The translations under genes were made by a program, and so were the position numbers. Source: Callorhinchus milii (lineage: Eukaryota). From it: a DNA stretch of 64,000 nt. Of the stretch, positions 45,484 to 57,746 are shown piece after piece. The stretch spans positions 2,852,001-2,916,000 of the forward strand of contig NW_024704749.1 of NCBI RefSeq assembly GCF_018977255.1. The letters run 5' to 3'. The notes under the pieces are model-generated. The model saw only the letters and a list, made by a program, of their open reading frames with translations, did no database searches and was not told the origin of the DNA. Position 1 is the first letter of the stretch. Each line of letters starts with the position of its first letter.

Positions 45484-48400
45484 CACTCTCCGGGTTGCAT
45501 CGTCCAATAGAGTTCCTTGTTCTGAACAGGAGATTGAAGATCATGCAGATTTGAGGCATTTTACCGCCCATATTTCAAAAGATATTTCATGATAATATAG
45601 CATAACCTTTCTCCCTGAAGAGTTTGATGCACTGAAACGTTTTTATTTCCAATACGAAACAAAGTACTTCATGCTACGTAAAGGTAATATTTTGTGCAGT
45701 TCTGTAGCTTCGTGGCTCCAGCACTCTCGTCGCAAACAACAGGAAGTTTGGGCAAGTTTCCAAAATATGGTCACTCAATCTACGACTGTTTGTAGGACAC
45801 GACAGTGTGCCATTGGCTGCCGAGTTTCCCCCATAAAATGAATAGTAATTTAATTTGACAGCGTTGAGAAACCTAGAAATTGCGATAAATTGCTGTATCA
45901 AATGCAATGATTATTATTAATAGTAACCGAACAAAACACAGTTATTTACAGAATGGTGGAAAAGTTTTATTCCATTAAACATTAATATATGTCATGGTTT
46001 TGCAGCGTGTAAATCCTGCAATATCACTTGCCCAGGTTCACAGGCAATTTCACTGTCGTGGAGCTTATTCCGATGTTGGATAATTATTTCAGCGATTTGT
46101 TGGGTTCTGGGCAATCAGCAGAACAGTACCAGCTTATTCTTTGCAGCCATGCTTTAGGTAAGGATTGACAACAGAGGAACCAAAGACAGTTGCAGTTGCA
46201 GGTTGCACGCTGTCCTGTTACACCTGACTTTTGACAGACTTGCACAGGAAGCTACGCTTTATAAGCAACGCCAGCCATTCTTAAATTATATGTACAGTTT
46301 GTAGATTTTTCCCAACATAAACTGTCCAAGTCACCTTCCTGCGGGTTCCAGTCGTGATGCTGCCCTCACACTGGTATTCTCTTGACTCCACTCCACTACT
46401 GCAGATATGATCTGTTTAGCGAGGTGAATGTATCACCCCTACCGTGGCCCGGCTTCATTTGCGACCTATCTCCCAGAAGATAATGCTCAAAAGCCTCATC
46501 ATCGCCTTCAAAGCCCTCTCCGGCCTCTATACCTCAGTATCACTTTGGTCCCACAGTTACTTCACCTCGCTCCCTCCCATCACTCATTCAATAACCATCT
46601 TAAGACCCCCCTCGTCGTCCACAGCATCAGTCACTCTCCGATCCCTACTCTGCATTCCCTCTATCTCATCTGATCTCAACCCGCAGCTCTGTTCGTAATC
46701 CCTGACTGTCCAGCGCCTTCAGACATCATCTCTAAATGAAAGGCGCTGCACAAGTGTAATTTGTTGTTATTACCAAAAAATACGAGCTCGATTCCCACTT
46801 CCTGAGCCTAAAAGAACGTTTCTCTCTTATAACGTTATAAACGCTGAAAGGAGCCGGGGCTCTGTTGATCTGCCAGCAGGGAGGACAGCAATGCACCTGG
46901 AGGTTGGTGCATGTGAAAAATTATTGATGTAGAATTAGCTCTGTTTGTTACATGTAAAGGCAGTGCCACAAATGAGATTTGCTAATTTGTGATTCCTTTC
47001 GCCAAACATTTCGTTAATCACTTCGATATCAACACAGGGGAATCCGGTCGGCGCTGCGATATCATCTCCGACCTGTCTTTTACATTGCGTTTTGTTTGCT
47101 TCAACCGAAATATCGTGTAGAGCTTATAGTGTGTGGAAAGGTTTGCACTTTGGCAAATTGTTCTCTTCTAACCTTGGAAGAGAGCCTCATAATAAATGTG
47201 TTGGTGAAGGTGGTCTCGCCGTGCTTCAACAATGATTTGCAATGTCTTGCTTGTTTCCCTTTTGCCCTATCATACTGGAGTTTGTTTTACATTTAACAAC
47301 TGTAAATCTACATTTCCTTCCAGGGAACAGGGATGCGATGGCATCAAAACAAAAACACCCAATTGCGTTCTTCTGGACCTGTTTCTGACAACTATAATGT
47401 GCTGTGATATGGAACGAGAAATGTAACAGCAGATTTAAGTTCCTCAACCTGCTGAACCAAGAGTAGTGCTCAAATGCAGGTTTCCACCATCATTCGGACA
47501 CGCCTTGTTTGAATTGTGTGCATGCGTTGATCCAATGCTGCATTTCGGACTCAAATGACTTGCAAATCCACAGAAACATAGAGCAGCTTTCATTTTAAAA
47601 CCTAACTACAGTACTCCTACATTACATGGACTGTATTACTAAAAAAGTAGCAACAACAACAACATCAACAACAACAACTTGGATTTATACAGCGCCCTCC
47701 ATGCCGCACGGTATCTCAGAGCGCTTTACAGTAATGGATCCCAGGACTGAGCCAGGGGGAAGGGTGGAAGGTGACCAAAGGCGCAGTCGAAAAGAAAGGT
47801 CTTCAGCAGAGACCTGAAAATGGGAAGGGAGGGTGCGAGTTGAAGGGAGTGAGGAAGGCAGTTCCAGAGCCTCGGGGCATAGTGGCTGAAGGCACGGCCA
47901 CCGAGGGTGGAGCGGAGGACTCGTGGGATGAGGAGGAGGCCAGAACCGGAGGAACGAAGGTACTGCTTTGAGGAGAGAGGAGGTCAGAGATGTAGGGGGG
48001 TGCAGAGGAGTGCAGGGTGTTTAATACAAGGGTGAGGATCTTGAAATCGATCTTCTCTGTGATAGGGAGCCAGTGCAGTCTGGCGAGGACTGGGGTGATT
48101 GGGGAGCGGAGTTTCGTGTGGGTGAGAATGCGGGCGGCAGAGTTTTGAATGATTTGGATTTGATGGATGGTAGTGGATGGGAGAACGGTGAGAAAGGCGT
48201 TAAAGTAGTCCAGCCGAGAGGTGACAAAGGCATGGAACAGGGTTTCAGCAGATTTGGAGTGAGGTATTGGCGGAGACGGGCAATGCATTGGAGGTGGAAG
48301 AAAACAGTACTGGTGAGGGACCGGATGTGGGGGAGGAAGAATAATTGGGGGTTGAACCTGTCGCCTAGGTTGCATACGGGCTCAGAGAGTTTTAGTGGGA

Positions 48401-49581
48401 GGTCGGGTAGGTGGAGGAGATGAGAGCCGTGAGATTTTAGACATTCACGAGAGCCAAAGAGTATGGCTTCCGTCTTGTCAACGTTCAGCTGAAGGAAATT
48501 TGCGCTCATCCAGCCCTGAGATCTGACAGGTGGGCTGACAGAACATCAAGGGACTGGGGGTCACAAAGAGAGGTGGAAAATTAGAGTTGGGTGTCGTCTG
48601 CATACATGTGGAACTGTAACGCATGTCTGTGGATGACATCCCCAAGAGGGAGCAAATAGATCAGAAAGAGGAGGGGGCCAAGGATGGATCCATGGGGTAC
48701 CCGCAGGTGACCGGGTGAGTGCGGGAGGAGAAGCCATTTGTGCAGATGTACTGCTGGCAGTTTGTGAGGTAGGATTCGAATCAGGTGAGTGCGGTCCCAC
48801 TGTGGTGGATGACTGAGAAAAGGCGGTGGAGGAGGATGGCGTGATCGACTATGTCGAACGCAGCGGAGAGGTCCAGGGAGGCATGGTCTGATCCGGAGGA
48901 GAGGGACTGATTTATTACATCAACCAGTAGTGGGCAGAGGAGGGGGAGCTGGGTGACCAGTAAGTAGGTGGGGAGAGGGTCGAGGCAGCAGGTGGTGGTT
49001 TCATGGAGGTAGTGGTATGTGAGAGGGAGGAGGGAGCGATGGGAAGGAAGGAATGTCGGATGGGGTTGGCACTCGAGCAGACGGGTTTGGGTCTTTAGGC
49101 GGCCGAGATGGTTGTTGTACCGATGGGCTCTGGTGGGTTTTTAGACAGTCCTAGATTTTAGGGGGACAAGGGAGTTGAAGATGGAGGAGAGGCGATCACG
49201 GAGCAGGTGGACAGCAGGTGGAAGGCCAGAGGGATAGGATGTTTGATGATGAGAGGGCCTTTGTGAGGGTCTCAGGAGGGTAGCCTTTTCCAAGGGCAGT
49301 AGAGAATGGTTGAGGGCTTGGTGGAGGGGAGAGGGAATGTGAGAGGAGAAAGAGATGAAAAAGTGGTCCGAGATGGCCTTGCCCACTACGCTGAGGTCGG
49401 AAATATCAAGGCCATGGGTGATGATGAGGTCAAGTGTAGAACCACAGTTGTGGGTGGGTGAGTTTATATGAAGGGTAAGGTTTAGGGAGGAGAGGAGGGC
49501 AGTGAAATCGGCAGAAGTGGTGCAAGGGGAGTTTAGGAAGAGCTTGAAATAGCCCATTATGAGCAGGTGTTCAGAGCAGAG

Positions 49582-49717
49582 NNNNNNNNNNNNNNNNNNN
49601 NNNNNNNNNNNNNNNNNNNNNNNNNNNNNNNNNNNNNNNNNNNNNNNNNNNNNNNNNNNNNNNNNNNNNNNNNNNNNNNNNNNNNNNNNNNNNNNNNNNN
49701 NNNNNNNNNNNNNNNNN
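49582..49717. other. Assembly gap (N run)
   Basis: 136 consecutive N. Confidence 1.
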
Positions 49718-49880
49718 GGCCATTCGGCCCTTCGAGCCTGCCCCGCCATTCAATCATGGCTGAGCTTCTAATCTAACTCCAGCTAATAACCTAACCTTGC
49801 CTTATCCTTATATCCCTTAATCCCTTTTGCAATAAGAAATCTATCTATCTCAGTCTTGAATATGTTCAAGTAGAGTCCTG

Positions 49881-50198
49881 TGGAGTCCTATAGCTCAGTG
49901 GTTAGAGCACTCGCTTTGCAAGTGAGAGACCTAAGTTCAATTCCAGGCAGAGGGCGAAACCTTGGGTAAGTTTCCTTACTCCACACACCTAGTAATAAAC
50001 CCTCCAAAAACCAAAAACAATAATAAATTGGTAATTTTCAATCTATGACTGTTTGTGGGACATTATTGTGCGCAATTGGCTGCCGCGTTCGCCCACAATT
50101 ATACAGTCAATTCACTTTACAGTGTGTTCTGTGAAGCACTTTGGGACGTCCTCCCGACGTGAAAAGCGCTACATCAAATGCAAGGATTATTATTATTA
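49881..50198 (+). mobile_element. tRNA-Ala-derived Deu-type SINE nested in L2
   Basis: Full head, body and (TAT)n tail. Confidence 0.9.
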
Positions 50199-53100
50199 GA
50201 CTAGAGATATCTGTGTGGAAGGAGCCAGGGAGCTTAGGGGGGCGGTAGACAAGGAAGATTTTCAATGGGAGAGAGGGGTTGAAGAGGGTGAGGTGCTCGA
50301 AGGAGGGGAAGTAGCCAGAGGAGGAAGGGGTGAGACCAAGGGAGGCTTTGGAAATGAAGGCCACCCCGTCGCCACATTGGTTTAGACGGGGGGTGTCGTC
50401 AAAGGTGTAGCCTGGAGTGAAGGCTTTCACTAGGCGGAGGGGGTCATTGGGGGAGAGACAGGTTTTTGTGAGCCCAAGAATGTCAAGGTGCTCGTTCAGG
50501 ATGAGGTCGTGGATGGTGAGGGCTTTATTTGAGAGGGAACGGGCATTTTGGAGGGAAATGTGGGTGGGTTTGCTGGAGGCGTGGGTGGGGGGATTGGTGT
50601 GTACCAGAGACTGGTGTGTAGAGGATTTTGGGTTGTACAGGAGAGATGGTTGTGGAAAGTGGTGTGAGTTGACAGTTGGGGAGGATATGTATGAGGGAAG
50701 GGGAAGTTAGGTTTACCTTAAGGAGGCAGTTTGAGTGGTGGGAGTGAGTGATGGGACACGTGCGGTTGCTGCTCTGGGACAGCCAGTGCCGGAAAGCCAA
50801 GATGGGCCTGGCGGAGGATACCCAGGCAAAAGTAGGGGGAAGTGGTGATGGGGTTGAGGAGAGAGAGAAGGCGGGTAGGGCGGTGGGAGAGAAGGACAGA
50901 GGGGAGTAGCGGATAGAAGGGGTTGGGAGAAGGGACATAGAGGGGAGCGGGAGGAGAGACATTTGGAGTGGAGGGGGAGGCTCGGGTCGGGGCGGCAGCC
51001 AAAACGCGCATGCAGAGACCGGGAGCGAGTGATCAGCTTGATGGCATCAGCCCTCAGGCTCAGCCTCCCAGGTCATGACTGCGTTGGCAGTGCCAGAGGC
51101 TTTGTGAATCACACTGCCCCGTCACTCCCGCACTGCACTCTCCTACCTTCGCTCCCAATTGAGTGGCCCCTCACCTGGCTGTGCAACAAAAACATCATCA
51201 ACATTGCATTTGTATATCGCCTTTAATGTTGGGAGGACATCCCATGGTGCTAGACAATCAATGTTTTCGACCCGAGCTGGGAGTGTGGTGCTGGGGTGGG
51301 ATCGGAGAGCTTGGAGGTCAGGGGGAATAGGAGGATGCTTGAAAGCATGGTCAAAAAGGAAGGTCTTGAGTTGTGTCTTGATGAAGGGAAGGGAGGGGAT
51401 GAGGTGGTGGGACTGTGGCATTCCAGAGGATGGGGGCAAAGTGGCTGAATGCCCACCCAGCAATAGTTGGGTGGGCGAGGCTGATGTTGCGAAGCAGGCT
51501 GGAGCCCAGGAGTTGGGTAAGTTACTAGTGGGGAAGTCGGGGGGAAGCAAGACCATGGATAGCTTTCAAGGTGAGGACCAGGATTTTGAACTGTACTTTC
51601 TGTATGATGGGAAGCCAGTGGGGTCGGGCAAGGATGCGGGCAGTGCTGATAGAATCATGGAGCCTGGTGTGCTGTTCACTATGATCTGAAGCCTATGAGG
51701 GGAGGAGTTGGGGAGGTCGACAAGCAGGGAGTGTGCATAGTCAAGCCTGGATGTTATGAATGTGAGTATGAATGTTTCGGTGGCTTCCGGTTTCAGACAA
51801 TTCAAGAGCCAGGCAATGTTGCAGAGGTGGGGGAACCAGAGCAAGACATGGCACCGATAAACATTGGATATAGGAGGGTGTTTCCCGGTGATCCACTGAT
51901 AATACTGTATATATTTTCTAGCCAATTTGGACGCAGCAGAATCTCACAAACAGTCATGAAGCGAATGATAATTGTTATTTCGGGAACTGCTGGCCAGGCG
52001 ACCAGGAGACATTCTCTTCATTTTTATGGAGTGATATGGGATCTTTATCATCCACCACGAATAGGCAAATGGCACGATACTGAAAACAATGCAGTACATC
52101 TCCATCATTGCATTGCCTTGTCAACCTAGACAATAGCAATCAAAGGGCAATCAAATTTAAACCCACAATCTTCTGAATCAGAAACTAGAATGTTACCAAC
52201 TGCGCAATTCTGACACATCATGCTGACACTTGTGAAGAAGTGCTAGACTTCATCATGTCAAACATTGAAAATATCTGCTTGGCTGCATCCTCCTTCCTTA
52301 CATCTCCTTTCGCACGCCCCAGACTATCTACACCACATATCCTGCCACCACAGTCCCTCCAGATCTTTATTACATTCAATGTTCAGATCTCTATTAGCTT
52401 AATGCGCTATTCTGCTGAAGTATTTGCATATTAAAGTTTAATTGACATGGAAATGCTTAATCAGATCTTCCCATCTGCTGAAATGTTTCCATCGCAATAC
52501 AATGTGATTATTTCCAAGAAAATATGTTGTTTAAAATTAAACCTTACATATGTTGATTAAGTTGAATTGATATCTGTTCGCGGAGTTAAACATTTGAATA
52601 TATGTGTGTAGCTTTTCTAATACGTTAGAGCAACAATGAAAAATAACCTGTTGTTGTCACTCAGCCAAGCCGTGGGATCGGCTAAAATGGTATTTGATTG
52701 ACTGCTGTTCCTTTGGGGCTTCTCTCGAAATTTACGGGATATAACATTTCTATTGGATGTATTTCCTAACAGAATAAGCTAATGGGATGTAATTTATATA
52801 TTTTGACTCTTCCGTTATCAAGGAAAAAGGAAGAAGTCTGAAGTATGGATTGTCCTCAACCAAACATACATTTGGATGTTGTTGCAGTCATGTTGTTTCT
52901 GGGCTTCTTGTCCTAGTTCCACTCAAATAATCCAACCTTTAATATTCTATTAAATAATGACCTTCAAAATCACTTGTATAATGTGTAGCAATCCTGTAGC
53001 TTGAAATAAATGGGGAAGACATTAATGTGACATGCATGCAACTTTGACCCATTGATACAGCGACATCTGCTGATGTTAATAAATCAGCTAAGACTTTATC

Positions 53101-53846
53101 AGTTGAAGTTGGAAACAAACGTTTTCTCAACAGAAGACTTAAAGGACGAACTCAACCAATTTGTCATAAGATTTGAATTGCACAGATTTGCGGAAATATT
53201 TTCATTTCAACTTTAATTGGGAAGTTTTTTTTCAGAAATACGGAAAATAAACTTACAAATTGACACCGAATTCAAGATCCCCCTCCTTCCCTCCGTTTCC
53301 ACACTGCATTAAAGTTAAAGACAAAATGATCTTAGGCCTCGACTAGGTGGGATGTTCAGCTTTCGAAACCTTCGGGGCGCACAATACAGAACAAAACCTG
53401 CTGCAGTGGAATGTTTTTATCCTGTTCTCTTATTGCTATGATTTACTATTAGTCTAATTTTTCCTCTCATAAGACAACATGTCTGTAAACCAGTTCTATA
53501 CAACTGTCGTTGTTTGATGCAAAACAAGGCAGAATAATACCAATAAGATTAAAACCTCATCGTTTAACTGATCGGAATCTGGAAGCAAATGAATGACGGC
53601 GCAGAGTACAATGCAGAGACATTTTATTATTCTTCGATAATATTTGTGTAATATGACACAAGGAGAACACGACGTGAAATTCAACGTAAGGATTCCAGCA
53701 AACGAAATGAACTGCGTATTTATTGTTAACAATTTGGAAAATTTATGACAAAATTAGCATAATCGACAACATATTATAAAACACAATTATTATTATTAAA
53801 GGTAGATTGCCAATGGTTCAATCGACTATCGGTGCACATTCCTGGT

Positions 53847-54169
53847 TTAGGTACAACTGGATCTGGCGATGCTTTTTTCGAGCGGAGTGGCCAGAGTCTC
53901 GTGTTTGACCACACAGGAATACAGGTCGTGTGACTCCCACTCGGAGGTTGGCAGAGTCAGATAACTGCTCACACTGTACGTGTTGTCCGCCTGCTGTTTG
54001 ATCGCACTGGTTTCCACACCTTGACTTCTGGCACTGCCATCCACAGTCCACTCGACCTCCACAGCTCCCGGGATAAAATCATTCACCAGACACACCAGGG
54101 TCGCCTTGTTCTTTGCTGTGATTTGATCTGGTGAAGGCGGAAGGACAGTCACCGAAGGGCCCCGCGGGT
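53847..54169 (-). CDS. Ig lambda-type C exon, cluster 3 (open frame; partner V disrupted)
   Basis: ttacag|AC CCG CGG GGC..SSCT*; 323 nt; 6 aa differences from cluster 2. Confidence 0.93.
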
Positions 54170-56169
54170 CTGTAAGGAAAATATATTGTACTGAGATAAT
54201 GTCCATTATTTGATGACACGAAGAACAGTTTAAAATTAAATATTAAATCTTTTAAATTGCAATGCCTTTCTTCAACCGACCTACAAAACAACTCTCGCAG
54301 CACTATTGAATAAATGCAACATGTTCTTGCCCGTTGTCAATAATGTCGAACGGAGACAATATCCATCTATAAAGATATCAAATCAGTGTGAATGGGTAAC
54401 TGTTGATGAGGGTTGCTCACCAAACACGATAGCTTATTTTACCGTCTGTAAATTCTCACGAATACATTTAAGAAATTAAAGACTACAATCATCAGAAATT
54501 ACATCAGACACTAAATGCCATGCCACAGGGAATATGACCCATGAACTACTGAATAAAAGTACAGTAAAACGTTATAGTTATTAATTGTTTCTCTTACAAA
54601 TCGTATACACGAAGGAGAGAACAGCCAAAATGTCAATCTATAACTGTTTGCAACTAAAAGCTCCATTGCCTCTAATTCCAATTGTGCCCAATTTCGGGAA
54701 GCAACGTGTCAAACTTTGAGTACTTTTTTGAGTTTCAATAGTCGCTACACAATCATTGGACCCAACTTGTACTTTTAATAATGTTGTGACTTTAGCTGGG
54801 AGGAAACTGAATTAAATTCCACTACTGTGCGGCTGAGCAATGACTTCAACGAAATCGAAGGTCTAGATAACAACAGCAACAAATTACAGTTCTATAATGC
54901 CTTTCACTTTGACCAGTTACAGGTAAATGATGATGATAATAATGCAATAATAATATCAATGCTTGCATTTGATACAGCGCCTTATCACGTCTTCGCAGAT
55001 TACACTGTAAAGTGTGTATTTATATTTAGCCTGTATACTTAATGGGCGAAACGCAGGCGAAAGAAAATTAGAAGCCCCACAATCGAAGTGTGGTTTGTGT
55101 ACATCTCCTGTTTCAGTACATCACGAAATACTGTTGATAAATATAACAGAACATTACATATTATGTTATAATGATAACGAATCAGTTTGAACAGGCCTCC
55201 TTCTCAGTCACAGCTGATCAAAATAATTGTAAAACCCACAAATTCTTTCATCGCCCCTCTTAAAACAAATCACAGTTTCGATTCAGTGTTTTACAGACAC
55301 CAGTGGCAGATAGTAAAAACGTGAAAATACGAAAAAAGCAGAGTGTTCGTTTTCCTCAAATGCTGTATAAAGGAAAAGTCAAAACATGAAGCATTTGAGA
55401 TGCTCAATGAGGTAAGATTTCAGCAGTTGAATAGAATGATTGCCAATTTCGCAATGTTCAATTGGGCACTTGATATATAAGATTGTATTTATAATAAATA
55501 TCGCTGCATCGTCTACAGGAAATGAAGATATAATATTTCCACAACTTAAGTAATATATTTTTTTCGTACATTTATTTCTGCTTTGACCAGATTGTGCGGC
55601 CGCTCAGGGTGTGTCTTCACTCAGCCCTGAATCACATCTCAACATTTACAGCAGCTTGGGGTGAAATACATGCGACATTACTTAGTCTCTGCAGCTAATT
55701 TCAATGGTGCTCCCTTTAGTGGCATCAACACGGAATGGGGAGAAAATAAAACATTTTAAACAACCCAAATCCTATTACAACTCTGTGAGAAACAAATAAT
55801 ACAGAGAGGTCTATTCATGGGAGGAATAACACGGTGGTTCATTGCACAAGTCTAAATTGTATCAAAATACACATTCACTCACTGAGCCGATTACAACATT
55901 GGAATTATACTAAAATAATAGACTAGACGCGATTGTGCAATAATGATCAGAGAAACCTCTGTTCGAGTTATTCACAGTCATCTGGTTACATGGTCTCTTG
56001 AAAATGTAACTTCTTCAAATGTGCAATTAGTTTCAGGCTAGAAATATTTCCACGGTTACCTCTGAGATTTGAATCGTTCACCAATCGGTCCATTAGAGGC
56101 AAGGGAGAGTGAGCTGGAAGATTGCAGTTTTCTTGTGCTGGAGATTATTTTTATTTTCACAATTTTAAA

Positions 56170-56385
56170 CCCTCCAAATAATCCCTCCAAACCAACGAAA
56201 CAATAATAAATTGGTCATTTTCAGTCCATGACTGTTTGCGGGACACTGCTGTGCACAATTGGCTGCCACATTTCGCCCACAAATAAACGGTCAATTCACT
56301 TTACAGTCTATTCTGTGAAGCACTTTGAGACGTCGCGAAGACGTGAAAAGCACTATATCAAATGCAAAGATTATTATTATTATGA
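56170..56385 (+). mobile_element. 5'-truncated Deu-type SINE in cluster 3 J-C intron
   Basis: aataatccctccaaa..Deu body..aaatgcaaagattattatt. Confidence 0.85.
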
Positions 56386-56901
56386 TTAATTTTGGAAAAA
56401 CTAGAAAGTAAGCATATACCTTAATTAATCTGGCACCATGAGATTGGTGTTCAATCCCTGGTATGAAACTGTTACTTAGTTTTTCCTATTGAAACTCATT
56501 GCTTACCTGGATATTCAGATTATGGTATAGTGAACTTCACATCTTGAGTCCTTCAATATACAGACTGTTAACTGAATAGATGACCGCCATTTAACTCCGC
56601 TTGAGAAAGTTTCATTCCTTACTCCACATTTTTGCCTTTGTTGTTTTTCTGGACTATCCGCCTTAATTCTTCAGAGACTCTCAATTAACCTAAGAATTTG
56701 CATGTTTCTTTCTTCTTCGCATGTTCGATTTCCACATAAGACGAATGGTATGAGTAGTTGTAAATATTACAGGAACAGTGTGAAACACAATTGAACACAG
56801 AGCGAGGCTCAGACAAATAAGCATTATAATTTAGAATCTTTAAAGTAGAACCAGATCAAAATAGTTATCGAAGAATCGAAAAAATGTCAGAAATCACTTA
56901 C

Positions 56902-57614
56902 GTCTCAAACTCAACTTGGTCCCTGTACCGAACAAGAAGTTATATGGACTGTGGGCATACTGGGCACCACAATAGTAATCGGCGGCATCCTCTGGTTGAA
57001 CACCACTGATGGTTAAATGCATTGAGGAGTCCACAGAACCAGTGAATCGACCGGGAATACTGCCAGCGGTGCCTCTGGTCTCATCCCAAACAAACACAGG
57101 GCCGCTGCCAGGCTTCTGCTGGTACCAACAACAACAACAACAAGATTCCATTTATAAAGCGCCTTTCACGTCAGGAGGACGTCCCAAGGCACTGCACAGT
57201 TGGGTCAGGACCCGAGCAGGGGGGAAATGGTCAGGGTGAGGGGAGGGAAGGGAGGGAGGGAGCGAGGAGGGGGGAAAATGGTCAGGGTGAGGGAGGGATG
57301 GGAGGGAGCGATGAGAGGGAAGAGAGTCGAGAGGGGAGCTGAAGGCTCGGTCAAAGAGAAAAACTCGTCCAATAGTTGCCTGACCTCGTGGCTCCGGACA
57401 TGATACAGGTGATCTTGACGGTGTTGCCCGGGGAGGTTGAGATGGAGGTTGGCTGAGTCAGGGTAACAGCTGCTGTTGTATCTGGTGAAATAACAAGTCA
57501 CAAACAGGTCACACTGTAGAACTATACAAAGTAATTCAGAACAGTGCGGATTCCACAACGCTTACCATGGAGACACATGAGCAATGCTGCCAGAACTTGG
57601 AGCCAATTGCCCAT
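56902..57614 (-). pseudogene. Leader + germline-joined VJ of cluster 3, disrupted by an L2 insertion
   Basis: Leader 57614-57566 (MGNWLQVLAALLMCLH); V 57481-57363 ..CIMSGATRSGNYWTS; insertion; then 57127-56902 WYQQKPG..YYCGAQYAHSPYNFLFGTGTKLSLR; read-through into the insert gives FSL*. Confidence 0.93.
57128..57362 (-). mobile_element. Young L2 3' end (~235 bp) inserted in the V exon
   Basis: ttctctttgaccgagccttcagctcccctctcgac..gggacgtcctcctgacgtgaaaggcgctttataaatggaatcttgttgttg, near-identical to 36970-37150. Confidence 0.93.
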
Positions 57615-57738
57615 TGTGAACACTTCGATGAAGATCAGATAGATGAGAGATTTTCAAGACAAATGACACTCTCCTGCTCCTTTCTAAACTCTCCTTAAGA
57701 ACCATTCGGTGATGCAAGTCCAATTAAATTCATAAATT

Positions 57739-57746
57739 ATGCAAAT
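57739..57746 (-). promoter_or_regulatory. Ig promoter octamer ATTTGCAT, cluster 3
   Basis: Same position relative to the leader ATG as in cluster 2. Confidence 0.85.

Larger units (their letters stand above)
47650..51110 (-). mobile_element. Long degenerate L2 LINE (EN+RT remnants), interrupted by a SINE, a CR1 fragment and a gap
   Basis: Frames give LQNARSLSNK..HDLI..TPGYTFDDTPR..GVAFI (APE), PTHNCGSTLDLIIT..SDHFFI, FLQLNVDKTEAILFGS and HAFVTSRLDYFNAFL; (TGT)n tail at ~47651-47678. Confidence 0.85.

Noticed and set aside
46873-46886. CTCF-like CCAGCAGGGAGGAC upstream of V2
   Set aside because: Imperfect core and further diverged in the cluster 3 paralogue
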